Positions 17,235 through 28,023 are shown, numbered from the stretch's first letter. The stretch: DNA of 32,000 bases from Acaryochloris marina S15 (GCF_018336915.1 NZ_CP064923.1:3390001-3422000), one strand, 5' to 3'. Notes: generated by a model from the sequence alone, not told the origin. Numbers and translations: made by a program.

Positions 17235-18230
17235 CTATCCCCCAATCTGAGACATCGTGCGGCTATAGTTAGCTCCCACCGTGCCTGATTGGCGTTCCTT
17301 GTAGTTAATCTCTGGTTTGAGCTCCAACAATTCCTGGACGCGATCACGCAGCACACTGGTAGACACCCCATCCCTCAAAGCCGTCTTCAAATCTAACTGT
17401 CCCGTTTCATTCAACAGACAGGGACGTAACCAGCCATCTGCCGATAACCGCATGCGGTTACAGCGATCACAAAAGCATTCCGACATCTGACTAATAAATC
17501 CTAAGGTTCCCTGGGCTCCTGGAATTTGGAATACATCTGCGGGACCGTTTCCCTGGACCTGTCCTTCCGTTAGACCCCACCGTTCTCGAATTTGGGTTCG
17601 GATATCTTCTGACGGTATCCAGCCGCGATCGCAAAACAAATCCGCGTTCCCAATCGGCATAAACTCAATAAACCGCACATGCCACTGGCGATCAATCGTC
17701 AATGCTGCCAGATCTAGCACCTCATGATCATTCACCCCAGGAATAATCACAACATTGAGCTTGAGAGGATTAAACCCCACTTGATAGGCTTTTTGGATGC
17801 CTGCCCAGACCTTACTCCAGCGTTGGTGCCTTTGTGAATCTCTACCCACAATGGTGGCAAAGGTCTCTGGCACGAGTGAATCCAAGCTGATATTGATGCG
17901 GTGCAGCCCCGCCTCATATAAATCCTGGGCCAGAGGCTCTAGCAAAAAAGCATTTGTGGTCATCGCCAAATCTTTGACCTGGGGCAACGCTACAACCCCA
18001 TGCACAATGTCTAAAATATCGGGCCTCAGTAGCGGTTCCCCTCCCGTAAGACGGAAGCGAGTGAATCCCGAAGGGATAAAGACTTCCCGAATTAAAGCTA
18101 ATAGTTCTGTCGTTGTCAGAACGGCTGTAGGCTGTAAAAAATGTAAGTCTTGGGTGTCGGGCATGCAATATTGGCAGCGGAAATTGCAGCGATCGATCAA
18201 ACTAATCCGAAGATAGTCAACTGCATTCAT
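17235..18230 (-). CDS. moaA: GTP 3',8-cyclase (molybdenum cofactor biosynthesis protein A), radical SAM
   Basis: 331 aa. It has [18 protein letters not shown], and the C-terminal cluster motif [15 protein letters not shown]. Confidence 0.95.
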   Translation of the reverse strand: MNAVDYLRISLIDRCNFRCQYCMPDTQDLHFLQPTAVLTTTELLALIREVFIPSGFTRFRLTGGEPLLRPDILDIVHGVVALPQVKDLAMTTNAFLLEPLAQDLYEAGLHRINISLDSLVPETFATIVGRDSQRHQRWSKVWAGIQKAYQVGFNPLKLNVVIIPGVNDHEVLDLAALTIDRQWHVRFIEFMPIGNADLFCDRGWIPSEDIRTQIRERWGLTEGQVQGNGPADVFQIPGAQGTLGFISQMSECFCDRCNRMRLSADGWLRPCLLNETGQLDLKTALRDGVSTSVLRDRVQELLELKPEINYKERQSGTVGANYSRTMSQIGG

Positions 18231-18295
18231 TGCATTAGCCTTTTATAGGGTTAGGAACATCTAACCGCGATGTCTTCTACTGTAACGTTATCGGC

Positions 18296-18327
18296 AAAAA
18301 AAATTGGGGCGCTAGATAACGCCCCAA
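18296..18327 (-). terminator. Rho-independent terminator after petF
   Basis: On the minus strand the stem is ttggggcg / cgccccaa with an 8-nt loop, followed by uuuuuuuu (the plus-strand A-run at 18296-18303). Confidence 0.85.
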
Positions 18328-18356
18328 CCCATTAGCCACAAGCTGTAGCGTTGGAT

Positions 18357-18656
18357 TTAATAGAGATCTTCTTCTTTATGAGTTTCGATTGTGCAGTCAG
18401 AAGTTGCGTAAGCGACACAAGTCAGAACGAAACCAGCTTCAATTTGATCGTCATCCAAGAAAGACTGATCAGACTGATCAACAGTACCAGCAGTGATTTT
18501 TCCAGCACAGGTGGAGCAAGCGCCAGCACGGCAGGAGAAAGGAAGGTCAATGCCTTGCTCTTCAGCTACGTCCAAAATATATTCGTCATCAGGGCATTCG
18601 ATAGTAGTGTCTAGCCCTTCAGATGCACTTTTCAGTGTGACCTTAAAAGTTGCCAT
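18357..18656 (-). CDS. petF: Plant-type [2Fe-2S] ferredoxin
   Basis: 99 aa. It begins MATFKVTL, has [15 protein letters not shown] Cys ligands, and is preceded by a GAGGAG RBS. Confidence 0.95.
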   Translation of the reverse strand: MATFKVTLKSASEGLDTTIECPDDEYILDVAEEQGIDLPFSCRAGACSTCAGKITAGTVDQSDQSFLDDDQIEAGFVLTCVAYATSDCTIETHKEEDLY

Positions 18657-19101
18657 GGTGTACTCCTCAATAAAATTCGTGGAAACGGCAGTTCAGAAAG
18701 CTCAGTAATGGTTTTCATGACTTAAGAAAAACTCAAGGTCGAACCTTCTTCTTTGATACTACGCAAAAAATTAAGGTTTATAAAGCTGAAATAGGGTTTG
18801 AGCCAATGGGATTTGTAATCAATAAAAGCATTTAGACCATGATTTACTTATCTAATGTCAAATAGACACCTTAAGCATTTTATGAACACGACTAAAAAAT
18901 ATACCCCTAAAGCCATGATAGACAATAGTTTTAGCGATTGCAAAAGGTCCTCAATAGTTCTCAAAAAAAAGAGGAGAAGAAGGAAAGAAAAACCTTGAAA
19001 GCCTTACCCAGAGAGAAGTACAAAGCATTGTCATCTAGAGACAGATTAGAATTTCCTATCGATAGGTTCAACTTATATAATCTGGTCCTGGATTTTTGAG
19101 T

Positions 19102-19722
19102 TTATTCAGAATCGGATATCGATACTGTGCGTCCATTGAAAAGGGTCATGGATTGCTCAATCCCTTTTTTGAGTGCCATCTCTACCGCATCTACACCGAG
19201 ATCAAGCACCCCAGGAAGAAGTTGGTTCTCTAGTGGAGCAAAGCGCCCTAAGACAAAAGAGATGGTGTCTTTACCTCTTTCTGGAGGCGGACTACCAATA
19301 CCAATTCGTAACCTAGGGACTTCAGGGGTACCCAAATGGGAAATGATGGAGCGCATGCCATTGTGCCCCCCAGCAGAACCCTTCAGTCGCAATCGCAATT
19401 TACCAACAGGTAAGGCCATTTCATCGTAGATGACCAACACAGAGGCCGGTTCCAGCTTGAACCAGTCAATCACAGATCGAATGGATTGGCCGGAGTTATT
19501 CATATAGGTATGAGGCTTAAGCAAACGCACCCTCCGACCTTGGCCACCCAAACCTTCACCATATTCGCCTTGAAACCGCCGTTCTGAAGTTAAGGAAATT
19601 TGCCAGTGCTGGGCCAATCGATCGATGAATGCGAATCCAATATTATGGCGAGTGCGATCATATTTAGAGCCAGGGTTTCCTAAACCTACAATCAGTTCAG
19701 GAATCATCAGTGGAGCGGTCAT
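19102..19722 (-). CDS. pth: Peptidyl-tRNA hydrolase
   Basis: 206 aa with LIVGLGNPGSKYDRTRHNIGF and GGHNGMRSI. Its start codon abuts the tatA stop codon (TAAATG). Confidence 0.95.
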   Translation of the reverse strand: MTAPLMIPELIVGLGNPGSKYDRTRHNIGFAFIDRLAQHWQISLTSERRFQGEYGEGLGGQGRRVRLLKPHTYMNNSGQSIRSVIDWFKLEPASVLVIYDEMALPVGKLRLRLKGSAGGHNGMRSIISHLGTPEVPRLRIGIGSPPPERGKDTISFVLGRFAPLENQLLPGVLDLGVDAVEMALKKGIEQSMTLFNGRTVSISDSE

Positions 19723-20052
19723 TTAGGAATTCGTTACTTCAGGAGAGTCAGCCATTACTTCGTCTGTTGGAGCTTCAGCCATCTCTTGGCCTTCTTCGAG
19801 TTGAGGTTGAGGTTGATCTTGGGCCTTAGGAGTTTCTAAGGTTGCCTCCATCGGTGTTTCATTTAGGGTCTCATTGATCCGATCCGCTTCTTTTTTAAAT
19901 TCATTTTCAAATTCTTTCGAAGCTTCTTGGAAACTTTTGAGAGCTTTGCCCATACTCCGGCCAATTTCTGGGAGTTTTTTAGGACCAAATACCAATAAAG
20001 CAATGACCATAATTAAGGCCATCTCTGGCAAGCCAATACCAAACACGTTCAT
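19723..20052 (-). CDS. tatA: Twin-arginine translocase TatA/E family protein
   Basis: 109 aa. It begins MNVFGIGLPEMALIMVIALLVFGPKKLPEIGRSMGKALKSFQ and is preceded by a GAGGAGG RBS. Confidence 0.9.
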   Translation of the reverse strand: MNVFGIGLPEMALIMVIALLVFGPKKLPEIGRSMGKALKSFQEASKEFENEFKKEADRINETLNETPMEATLETPKAQDQPQPQLEEGQEMAEAPTDEVMADSPEVTNS

Positions 20053-20143
20053 GGGGTCCTCCTCAAGATTCCGATCGCAGCGGGGCTAGTCTTCGATTGT
20101 AATAGATCTCTAGAATCTCCCCTAAGATAGGCCGTCTATGACA

Positions 20144-20168
20144 ATAAAAAACCCCGGAAGACCGGGGT
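20144..20168 (-). terminator. Rho-independent terminator after psbH
   Basis: On the minus strand: accccgg-ucuu-ccggggu followed by uuuuuauu. Confidence 0.8.
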
Positions 20169-20236
20169 CAATCGGATATCAATTCCAAGAGAAACTGATA
20201 TCAACTACAGGAAAAACGTCATGCTAAAGGATGTTC

Positions 20237-20452
20237 TTATTGACCGAAACCACCAAGGCTGGTCCAACCCGCATCAACACCATCAAGGACGATAGTGTGG
20301 TTATAAACTTGAAGCATGATGAGCAACAACAACGTAATCATGACTACAAAACCAGCCATTACTGGAGTTGTCCCCCAGCCGGGCACGAATTTGCCGGCTT
20401 CAGAATTGTTATTACCTTTGAGAACGTCTCCCCACCAGGTCTGTCTTGGCAT
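20237..20452 (-). CDS. psbH: Photosystem II reaction centre protein H
   Basis: 71 aa with GKFVPGWGTTPVMAGFVVMITLLLLIMLQVYN, which matches the PsbH pattern. Confidence 0.93.
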   Translation of the reverse strand: MPRQTWWGDVLKGNNNSEAGKFVPGWGTTPVMAGFVVMITLLLLIMLQVYNHTIVLDGVDAGWTSLGGFGQ

Positions 20453-20528
20453 AGCTTATCGGCTCACAACAAACAACACTATTTTTTAACTTATCGTAAT
20501 ATTATAGAGGAAAGATACTCATAAAAAA

Positions 20529-20669
20529 ATGCAATTTTCTGACCCTGCAACAGTTCTTATCATAACCATCCTGGCTGTAACCGTTGCCTTCACTGCGGTT
20601 TCCCTCTATACAGCTTTTGGTCCTCCCTCAAAACAATTGGCTGATCCCTTCGAAGAACATGAGGATTAA
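20529..20669 (+). CDS. psbN: PsbN protein (PSII assembly factor)
   Basis: 46 codons, below the ORF-track cutoff: MQFSDPATVLIITILAVTVAFTAVSLYTAFGPPSKQLADPFEEHED. It has the hallmark YTAFGPPSK..DPFE.HED and lies divergent from psbH, as is usual. Confidence 0.9.
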   Translation: MQFSDPATVLIITILAVTVAFTAVSLYTAFGPPSKQLADPFEEHED

Positions 20670-20760
20670 TTCCTAATTAAGGCATGCTTTTAGTTAAATA
20701 AGGTGCCTTTTTTTGCACTCTTGCTAGTATGTCTAGTTGTGGCACGTCTAGAGTGAGTCA

Positions 20761-22320
20761 ATGCCTCAAAATAAAAATATCGCCCTCCTTGCCTCTTTGG
20801 GTCTAACTTTAGGACTGAGTGCAGGCGGGTTTTTGTTGCTTCAGAATACAGCCCCAGACCTGTTGCCTAGCCTGCTAGGACAATCAGGAGACAATGGTGG
20901 TTCTAGGCGAACAAAAGGAACCTTCAAGGTCTTAGGGGACACGTTTAGTGGCTACAGTACCTTCCGCAATGACGCATTCCAAGATGCGTTGGGGGAACCT
21001 GGAATTCGCCTAGAGTATGCGGATGAATTTGACCAGTCCCAGCGAGCTCAGGCCTTAGAAAAGGGTAAAGCAGATTTCATCGCCACGACGCTCGATCAGT
21101 TTCTCAAGCAAAAGCCAAAGGGAAAAATTGTTGGCCTGATCGATCGGACGGTGGGGGCTGATGCAGTGGTGCTGAATACCCGCCAGTTTCCTCAGCTCAA
21201 GTCCTTAATCAATCTCAGTCAACTCGTTAAACAAGGGAAGTCGAAGCAATATTCCATTGTTTACGCAGGCGATACGCCAAGTGAATATTTAGCCTTGGTT
21301 CTAGATACCAAGTTTGATGCTTTTAACCTCTCCGACTTCCGTGTGATCAAGGTAGAGGATGCCTCCCAGGCCTGGAAGCTGATGCAAGATACCAAGGAAA
21401 ATGTTGCGATCGCAGTTTTGTGGGAACCCTTCGTTTCCCAAGCTCGCAAGCAAGGCCATACCGTAGTTCTGTCCAGCGAAGATGCCCCCAATACCATCGT
21501 CGATGTCTTAGTTGCCTCGGACAAAGTGATTCAGTCCCAACCGGAACAAATTTCGGCTTTTCTAGCAGCCTATTACCGACGCATTGAGTCAGGCATTAGC
21601 AATCGGTCCCAACTCCAAGACCAAATTGCTACAGATGGCGAGCTCTCTGCTCCAGATGCCGATACGGTTTTGAAAGGGATTAACTTTTTTACTGCCTTAG
21701 AAGCCCAGGATTGGATGCAGAAAGATGCACTCAACCAGCGGATTACGGCAACATCTGCTGTTTTGGTCCTGTCTGGCACTTTAACTCAGGTGCCGGATAA
21801 TCCCACACAGCTCTATGACCCCCAGTTTGTCAGTCAAGCTGCTGACAACACCAAAAAATTAATCGATATTGTCCGAGCAGATAATCCTGAATTAGCCAAA
21901 AAGTTAGAAGGGCAACCGTCCTCCCCCCAGAAAACCGCTAAACCGACTGCTGATATCAAATCTGCCCCCAGTATCGGCAATCTCAAAGTGCGAGGGGAAG
22001 TGAAGTTTGCGGTGGGTGCCGCCAATTTAACCTCCACGGGGCGTCAAACTTTGGATAAGCTATCCAAAGAAATTGAGGAGTTTAACCCGGATACTATTGC
22101 CGTTCGCGTGATTGGTCATACTTCTAAGTCTGGGTCTGCTAGCTTGAATCAATCTCTAAGCCAGCAACGGGCTCAAGTGGTAGTGCAATATCTAAAGAAG
22201 TTGGGTATCAAACAAGCGATTCAAGCCGAAGGCAAAGGATTCAGTACACCGTTACCGGGTATTCCACCTGGAGATGCTCGTAATCAACGCACCGAAATTC
22301 GGTTAGTCCGAATTAGCTAA
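20761..22320 (+). CDS. Periplasmic substrate-binding-like / OmpA-family fusion protein
   Basis: 519 aa with an N-terminal signal anchor. The middle region resembles NMT1/ABC-type solute-binding proteins. The C-terminus is an OmpA-like peptidoglycan-binding domain (IGHTSKSGSASLNQSLSQQRAQVV..NQRTEIRL). Confidence 0.8.
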   Translation: MPQNKNIALLASLGLTLGLSAGGFLLLQNTAPDLLPSLLGQSGDNGGSRRTKGTFKVLGDTFSGYSTFRNDAFQDALGEPGIRLEYADEFDQSQRAQALEKGKADFIATTLDQFLKQKPKGKIVGLIDRTVGADAVVLNTRQFPQLKSLINLSQLVKQGKSKQYSIVYAGDTPSEYLALVLDTKFDAFNLSDFRVIKVEDASQAWKLMQDTKENVAIAVLWEPFVSQARKQGHTVVLSSEDAPNTIVDVLVASDKVIQSQPEQISAFLAAYYRRIESGISNRSQLQDQIATDGELSAPDADTVLKGINFFTALEAQDWMQKDALNQRITATSAVLVLSGTLTQVPDNPTQLYDPQFVSQAADNTKKLIDIVRADNPELAKKLEGQPSSPQKTAKPTADIKSAPSIGNLKVRGEVKFAVGAANLTSTGRQTLDKLSKEIEEFNPDTIAVRVIGHTSKSGSASLNQSLSQQRAQVVVQYLKKLGIKQAIQAEGKGFSTPLPGIPPGDARNQRTEIRLVRIS

Positions 22321-22328
22321 TTAGCTAA

Positions 22329-23816
22329 TCAACGGGGCTTCAGCTTATACGGAATCGAGGACTGAGGGAAGTCGAAGCCCGGCGAAGACTGACGCAGTTG
22401 CTGGAGTAAGTCATAGAAGGGTTGCCAATCGTCTTCTACCACGATGGGTTCCCAAATGGCCTCAATTTGAGGACGGGTAATGACCGTCAGGGGGTTGTGC
22501 TGCAATCGTTGTTTGATAGCAGCCATCTCAGTCTGAGGATATTGTTGGAGCAGACGGTGATAAAGCTGCCGCCATTGCTCTAACTGATCTTGCCATTGGG
22601 GAGGGCTTAAAAGCTCTGATTCACTGAAAATATGACCAGGATCGACCCGCCAAGTCTCTTGAAATTGCAGCCGTAATTCAGCAAAGAACTCATGGTATCC
22701 GACTTGCGATCGCTGCAAAAAATCCAGCGTCAGTACCAACAGATCTTCGGCTTCCGTCCTCTCCGATGGCTCAAACCCCAACTTCCTCAACATCCGCTGC
22801 CGATAGGCCGAGTAGTAATGGGACTTGAATGTTTCCAGCCCGGCATCTAAGTCAGACTGGGGAATCACCGCCACCAGGGGACGCTGCAACATCTCTAGAT
22901 TCCAATGACACATGGTGGGCTGGTTGCCATAGCTGTAGCGCCGAAAATGATCGAAATAGGCAGCAGTAAAGTTGGGATCTAGGGTTTGAATAAAGGCATA
23001 AGGCCCATAATCAAAGCTTTCCCCTGTGATCGACATATTGTCTGTATTCAAAACAGCATGGCAAAATCCCACAGACATCCATTGGGCCACCAACTCCGCC
23101 GTTCGCTGGGCTAACTCTGCATAGAAGCGGACATAAGCATCTGGCTGTTGCCAGAGATGGGGATAGTAATACTGGATGACATGATCGAGGAGCTGCTGGA
23201 TGAGATCAGGTCTTTGCAGTGCCAGTAACCGTTCAAAAGTACCAAAGCGGATATGGGACCGACTAAACCGTACCATCACTGCCGAACGAGTCGGAGAGGG
23301 TTCATCTCCTCGCCATAAGGATTCTCCCGTCTCAATCAAACTCAGACATCGAGAGGTCCGCACCCCCAAATGGTGCAGCGCTTCTGCTGCCAACACCTCC
23401 CGTACACCTCCTTTTAGGGTTAAGCGACCGTCTGCACTTCGGGAATAGGGAGTCGTTCCAGATCCCTTAGTACCCAGATCATAAAGTTCCCCATCTGTTC
23501 CTCGGACCTGGCCGTATAGAAAGCCTCGCCCATCTCCAAGGCGGGGGTTATAGTCTCCAAACTGATAGCCGTGATAGCAGAGGGCCAGTAAGGGTTCGCG
23601 ACTCTGAAACTGCCCATAGGCTTCTACGACATCAATATCACTGACCTGTTGGGCATCCAGCCCCATTTGCCCCAACACAGCATCATTACGAAATCGCAAG
23701 ACATGATGGGGAAACTCAGCCGCCATCACTGGATCGTAAAAGCTCTCGCCCAGGGCTTCCAGGGCCGGTTCAAAATCTAAATTAAGCAGCAGGTTTATGG
23801 TGGATGGGGTCGACAT
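22329..23816 (-). CDS. selO: Protein adenylyltransferase SelO (YdiU/UPF0061 family)
   Basis: 495 aa with [32 protein letters not shown]-type motifs, [23 protein letters not shown]. Confidence 0.9.
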   Translation of the reverse strand: MSTPSTINLLLNLDFEPALEALGESFYDPVMAAEFPHHVLRFRNDAVLGQMGLDAQQVSDIDVVEAYGQFQSREPLLALCYHGYQFGDYNPRLGDGRGFLYGQVRGTDGELYDLGTKGSGTTPYSRSADGRLTLKGGVREVLAAEALHHLGVRTSRCLSLIETGESLWRGDEPSPTRSAVMVRFSRSHIRFGTFERLLALQRPDLIQQLLDHVIQYYYPHLWQQPDAYVRFYAELAQRTAELVAQWMSVGFCHAVLNTDNMSITGESFDYGPYAFIQTLDPNFTAAYFDHFRRYSYGNQPTMCHWNLEMLQRPLVAVIPQSDLDAGLETFKSHYYSAYRQRMLRKLGFEPSERTEAEDLLVLTLDFLQRSQVGYHEFFAELRLQFQETWRVDPGHIFSESELLSPPQWQDQLEQWRQLYHRLLQQYPQTEMAAIKQRLQHNPLTVITRPQIEAIWEPIVVEDDWQPFYDLLQQLRQSSPGFDFPQSSIPYKLKPR

Positions 23817-23865
23817 AAATTGCCAGAGTGATGGCCGTTGAAGCTAGGAAAGGGAGAATACCCTC

Positions 23866-24996
23866 TCAATTGACGCCAGGCATCATCCCCTTACTCAAGC
23901 GCTGAATAGCATTATTGGCCACGTCTCGATATCCCACTTCACCTGAGAGGAGCTGGCCCATTCTGCGGGTAGCACTAGGACGCTTCACTCCAATTTGATA
24001 GCCAATGCCGGGTACCCGATAAAACACGCTGGCAAGTCGTTGGGCCCACTTCATTTCGCCTCCCCACTCCGTCGCCATCACCTCGGAATAATTCTCCAGG
24101 GCATCACTTTGGCCTGATAGGGCCGTATCAATTGCTTCAGAGGCTTTCAATCCGCTAAACATCGAAGGACGAATGCCTTCAGCCGTAAAGGGGTCAACCA
24201 CGCAGGCAGCCTCCCCCGCTAGGATCGCATTTTGAGTATGGAGGGTTTGGTCCCCATTCCAAAGGCAGAGGGGATGGCCATGCTGGCGTATTGACGTAAA
24301 GTCAACGCCAAACATTTTCGAATATTCCGTGACAATGGCTCGCAGATCTTGGCGCTCACCGCCACGAAAGGCCCCAATACCAATGGAATAGCCATCTGCC
24401 TTGGGAAAATTCCAGATGTAGCCGTTTTTGACTAAGCCAAATTCAAAATGAACCGTATCAGGGTTCTCAATCTCCGTCATGGCTTCGGCTTCTAGTGCCC
24501 CACCCAGCTGGCGCTTGCGGTCTTTGAAACCTAACCATCTTGCCATCGGCCCTTTGGCCCCGTCAGCAGCGATCAGATATTTTCCAGAAACAGGACCATT
24601 TGCGGTATTCACCTGCCAATGATCGGATTGAAATTCAATCCCTGTTACTGCTGTATTTTCTCGCAGTTCTGCTCCTTGCTTTTGGGCTTGCTGAATCAGG
24701 AAATGATCAAAAATATCTCGGCGAACCATCCAAATGGGTTCTGGGGTCTGTAAATCCGCTAGCACCTCATCTTCCATATTCCAGGTGTAGCGAACTGTTT
24801 TAACCTTCAGGGAAATAGCAGGAGAAAAATCAAAATCAAACCATTCCGCGACCACTGGAGATACGCCACCTCCACAAGGCTTATAGCGCGGTAAGGTTTC
24901 TTTTTCCAATACCAGGACCGATCGACCTTTTTTGGCAAGGTGGTAGGCTGCGGTACCCCCTGCTGGCCCCGCCCCGACAATAATGCAATCAAACAT
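23866..24996 (-). CDS. FAD-dependent oxidoreductase, geranylgeranyl reductase family
   Basis: The ATG at 24996 gives MFDCIIVGAGPAGGTAAYHLAKKG, a Rossmann GxGxxG motif. It also has ADGAKG and GEAACVVDPFTAEGI. The ORF-track start at 25044 would overlap frr. Confidence 0.8.
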   Translation of the reverse strand: MFDCIIVGAGPAGGTAAYHLAKKGRSVLVLEKETLPRYKPCGGGVSPVVAEWFDFDFSPAISLKVKTVRYTWNMEDEVLADLQTPEPIWMVRRDIFDHFLIQQAQKQGAELRENTAVTGIEFQSDHWQVNTANGPVSGKYLIAADGAKGPMARWLGFKDRKRQLGGALEAEAMTEIENPDTVHFEFGLVKNGYIWNFPKADGYSIGIGAFRGGERQDLRAIVTEYSKMFGVDFTSIRQHGHPLCLWNGDQTLHTQNAILAGEAACVVDPFTAEGIRPSMFSGLKASEAIDTALSGQSDALENYSEVMATEWGGEMKWAQRLASVFYRVPGIGYQIGVKRPSATRRMGQLLSGEVGYRDVANNAIQRLSKGMMPGVN

Positions 24997-24997
24997 A

Positions 24998-25546
24998 TTA
25001 AACCGTGGTGATTTCTGTTTCCTTATCAGCCAAAATCTTATCAATTTGGTTGGTATATTTATCGGTCAAACCTTGAATCTGATCTTGCAGATCCTTCGAT
25101 TCATCTTCCGAGATATCACCACTTTTGCCCTGCTTCCGCGCCGTATCAATGGCATCTCGGCGGATGTTGCGGATAGCAACTTTTCCTTCTTCGGCAATCT
25201 TGCCGGCCATCTTGACGAAGTCTTTACGGCGTTCTTCCGTCAAAGGGGGAATATTGAGGCGAATGGCTGAGCCATCATTATTAGGTACTAAGCCCACATC
25301 CGAGAGGGAAATCGATTTTTCGATATCCGTTAAACTGCTGGGGTCAAAGGGCTGAATCGTAATTGTGCTGGCATCTGGGGTGCTGATGGTGGCCAAAGAG
25401 CGCAATGGAGTCTCCGTACCATAATATTCCACCGTAATTCGGTCCAACAAAGAGGCATTGGCTCGACCCGTCCGAATCGTGTTGAGGGACCGCTTCATAG
25501 CCTCAATAGACTTTTCCATTAAAGTCTTGGCATCAGCTAACTTCAC
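24998..25546 (-). CDS. frr: Ribosome recycling factor
   Basis: 182 aa counted from the GTG at 25546, which is preceded by GGAGG. It has [16 protein letters not shown] and NIRRDA. The longer ORF-track N-terminus overlaps pyrH and is probably not real. Confidence 0.92.
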   Translation of the reverse strand: MKLADAKTLMEKSIEAMKRSLNTIRTGRANASLLDRITVEYYGTETPLRSLATISTPDASTITIQPFDPSSLTDIEKSISLSDVGLVPNNDGSAIRLNIPPLTEERRKDFVKMAGKIAEEGKVAIRNIRRDAIDTARKQGKSGDISEDESKDLQDQIQGLTDKYTNQIDKILADKETEITTV

Positions 25547-26261
25547 AAGAACCTCCCACAATAGTGCCAATGGATTCGCCCAATAGGGCTCGCCGAATAT
25601 TTCCAGAAACAGATAGGTCAAAGACCAAAATAGGAATATTGTTGTCTTTGCACAAGGCGATCGCAGTGCTGTCCATCACTTTCAAATCATGGGTGAGGAC
25701 ATGTCCGTAGGTCAAACTTTGAAATCGCTTGGCATTGGGATTGATTTTAGGATCTGCATCGTACACTCCATCCACCTTGGTGGCCTTCATGATGATATCT
25801 GCATCAATTTCAGCCGCCCGCAAAGCTGCGGTGGTATCCGTGGTAAAGAAAGGATTGCCAGAGCCTGCACCAAAAATGACCACCCGGCCTTTTTCTAGAT
25901 GGCGCATGGCGCGACGGCGAATGTACGGTTCTGCCAATTCCTGCAGGGAGATAGCGGTTTGTACACGGGTCGGTACATCCATTTGCTCGAGGGAATCTTG
26001 CAGAGTCATCGCATTCATGACCGTTGCAATCATGCCGATATAGTCTGCAGTCGCTCGATCCATACCCGCAGCTGCACCTTTCACACCGCGAAAAATGTTG
26101 CCCCCTCCGACCACAACAGCGACCTGTATGCCACGGGCTGCTACGTCAGAGATCTCTTCAGCAATTCCTTGAACAATGGTGGGGTCAATACCATAGGGCA
26201 AAGTTCCCATTAGGGCTTCGCCACTAAGCTTTAATAGGACCCGTTGATAGGTATTTCCCAT
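25533..26261 (-). CDS. pyrH: UMP kinase
   Basis: The ATG at 26261 gives [17 protein letters not shown]. It also has [11 protein letters not shown] and a [13 protein letters not shown] motif. Confidence 0.93.
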   Translation of the reverse strand: MGNTYQRVLLKLSGEALMGTLPYGIDPTIVQGIAEEISDVAARGIQVAVVVGGGNIFRGVKGAAAGMDRATADYIGMIATVMNAMTLQDSLEQMDVPTRVQTAISLQELAEPYIRRRAMRHLEKGRVVIFGAGSGNPFFTTDTTAALRAAEIDADIIMKATKVDGVYDADPKINPNAKRFQSLTYGHVLTHDLKVMDSTAIALCKDNNIPILVFDLSVSGNIRRALLGESIGTIVGGSCEVS

Positions 26262-26501
26262 GCAATGATAACTGCTACGAAAATTGCTCCCCAATTAAGA
26301 TAGCAGGATTAGGGATCAGGAGGTTGGCTAAAATGATTTTATTCAGCTTTCGAATTGCCTATTGACAGTATCAATGGATGATTGGAGTAACGATGAAGTT
26401 GCCAAGACTCAATCACGACTCTGTTGTCTCTAACCACAGAAACCAGTGAAATAGTTACGGTAATAAAAGAAATTGAAGTGTCAAGGACTAATTTATAAGC
26501 C

Positions 26502-27359
26502 ATGAGGCATCCCTCCCGTTGGATCTTAGGAAGACTATTTTTACTACTGTGTCTACTCAGTATTGAAATGACGTTGGGTGGACACCTTGCGATCGCAGCA
26601 CCGAATCAATCCACTCCTCCTCCCTATACTGCTGAGATCGAAACTCAGGTAGAGGATCTATTTAACGCAGCGATGGAAGCAACCAACAAAGGTAACTTTG
26701 ACCAAGCGGAACAATATTGGACCGAAGCCCTTGAGTTTCTGCCTGATAACCCTGCCATCTGGAGCAATCGAGGTAATTCCAAGATTGGCCAAGGTAATTT
26801 TGAGGCTGCTTTAGTCGACTATGACCGTTCAGTTGAACTGGCTCCTGAACAACCCGATGCCTATCTAAATCGGGGTACCGTCCAAGAAGGACTAGCCAAT
26901 TGGGAAGCTGCGATCGCAGATTACAACAAGGTGATTGAACTGGATCCGAAGGAGGCGGCTGCCTATAACAATCGTGGCAATGCCAAGGCGGGACAAGGAG
27001 ATTGGAATGCTGCTCTAACAGATTTTGAAACAGCCATGGCGTTATCTCCACAGTTTGCCTTTGCTAGAGGCAATTATGCCCTCGCTTTGTACCAAGTGGG
27101 TGAGCGCGATGAGTCTATTCGGACTATGCGGAATTTAATCCGCAAATATCCCCAGTTTGCCGATATTCGTGCAGCGATGACGGCGGCTTTATGGGACAAA
27201 GGCCAAATTGGTGAAGCAGAAAGTAATTGGGTAGCTGCCATTGGACTAGATTCGCGCTATAAAGATACAACCTGGCTAGCAAAAATTCGCCGCTGGCCCC
27301 CCGCTTTGGTTGAAAATATGGAAGGTTTTCTCACCTTGTCTGGTGAGAAAGGGGCCTAG
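26502..27359 (+). CDS. Secreted TPR-repeat protein
   Basis: 285 aa with a signal peptide (LFLLLCLLSIEMTLGGHLAIA). It has at least 5 TPR units of pattern A..Y.NRGn....G....A..D...A..L.P. Confidence 0.8.
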   Translation: MRHPSRWILGRLFLLLCLLSIEMTLGGHLAIAAPNQSTPPPYTAEIETQVEDLFNAAMEATNKGNFDQAEQYWTEALEFLPDNPAIWSNRGNSKIGQGNFEAALVDYDRSVELAPEQPDAYLNRGTVQEGLANWEAAIADYNKVIELDPKEAAAYNNRGNAKAGQGDWNAALTDFETAMALSPQFAFARGNYALALYQVGERDESIRTMRNLIRKYPQFADIRAAMTAALWDKGQIGEAESNWVAAIGLDSRYKDTTWLAKIRRWPPALVENMEGFLTLSGEKGA

Positions 27360-27422
27360 AATTGAATCAAACCTCTGCTTGAGTTCAGGAGGTATTTGTC
27401 TTCTCTGTTGTTTTAATTGGTC

Positions 27423-27971
27423 ATGTCTCTCAAACCCGTCCAACAGGTTCTATCAACCTTAAAACAAACCCATTGGCAGCATGAGCAGGAATTTGTGCAG
27501 TTGTTGGATACCTGGACCCAGATTGTTGGACCTGTCGTTGCTGCCCAAACTCAACCCATCCAAATTACACCGCGAAAAATTTTGCTTGTGGCCACGACTA
27601 GTTCTGCCTGGGCTCAAAATTTAGCGTTTGAACGAAATCGCATTCTCAAGAAGCTGAATACCCAGCTCTCATATGAATTTACAGACATTCGTTTTTCCAC
27701 GAGCCAATGGCCGAGAGGGTCGAACACCCTCCGCCGTCGTTCCTCAGTACCTCCGTCAATTACACCTGCTAGTTTGCTCCCAGCCTTACCCGTTTCCCAA
27801 CTGGAACCTAGCCTCGATCCTAATGAGGCGTTTGAACGGTGGACGGATGCAATCCACCAACGGTCTCATGGGTATCCGACTTGTCCTGTCTGCCAATGTC
27901 CAACTCCAGAGACTGAACTACAACGCTGGTCCGTCTGTAGCTTATGTGCAGTTCGAGAACCAGAAGTATAA
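27423..27971 (+). CDS. DUF721 (DciA-like) domain protein with C-terminal CxxC..CxxC zinc-ribbon
   Basis: Has W..IVGP.VA..T.P..I....L.V...SSAWAQNL.FER..ILKKLN and C-terminal CPVCQC...CSLC. Starts at the ATG at 27423; the ORF-track start is a TTG at 27417. Confidence 0.7.
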   Translation: MSLKPVQQVLSTLKQTHWQHEQEFVQLLDTWTQIVGPVVAAQTQPIQITPRKILLVATTSSAWAQNLAFERNRILKKLNTQLSYEFTDIRFSTSQWPRGSNTLRRRSSVPPSITPASLLPALPVSQLEPSLDPNEAFERWTDAIHQRSHGYPTCPVCQCPTPETELQRWSVCSLCAVREPEV

Positions 27972-28017
27972 GTCTGCTGACTGACAAAAGTTGTACCTTA
28001 ATATTCAGTCAATTTAT

Positions 28018-28023
28018 CTCCAG
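28018..28023. repeat. Putative target-site duplication (left), CTCCAG
   Basis: The identical hexamer directly abuts both IS termini. Confidence 0.6.

Noticed and set aside
18231-18356. A possible Moco riboswitch upstream of moaA.
   Set aside because: Only about 65 nt separate the petF terminator from the moaA start, which is too short for the roughly 130-nt Moco RNA motif. I saw no matching conserved structure.
20231-20524. A 97-aa plus-strand ORF.
   Set aside because: It lies entirely antisense to psbH, whose translation matches PsbH convincingly.
22312-22329. An 18-bp perfect palindrome, aTTAGCTAATTAGCTAAt (two tandem copies of TTAGCTAA), between the convergent stop codons of the OmpA-fusion gene and selO.
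   Set aside because: It is AT-rich with no loop and no flanking U-tracts, so it would make a poor terminator. It contains one stop codon and abuts or partly overlaps the other, and it may simply reflect a local duplication. It is noted as a curiosity only.
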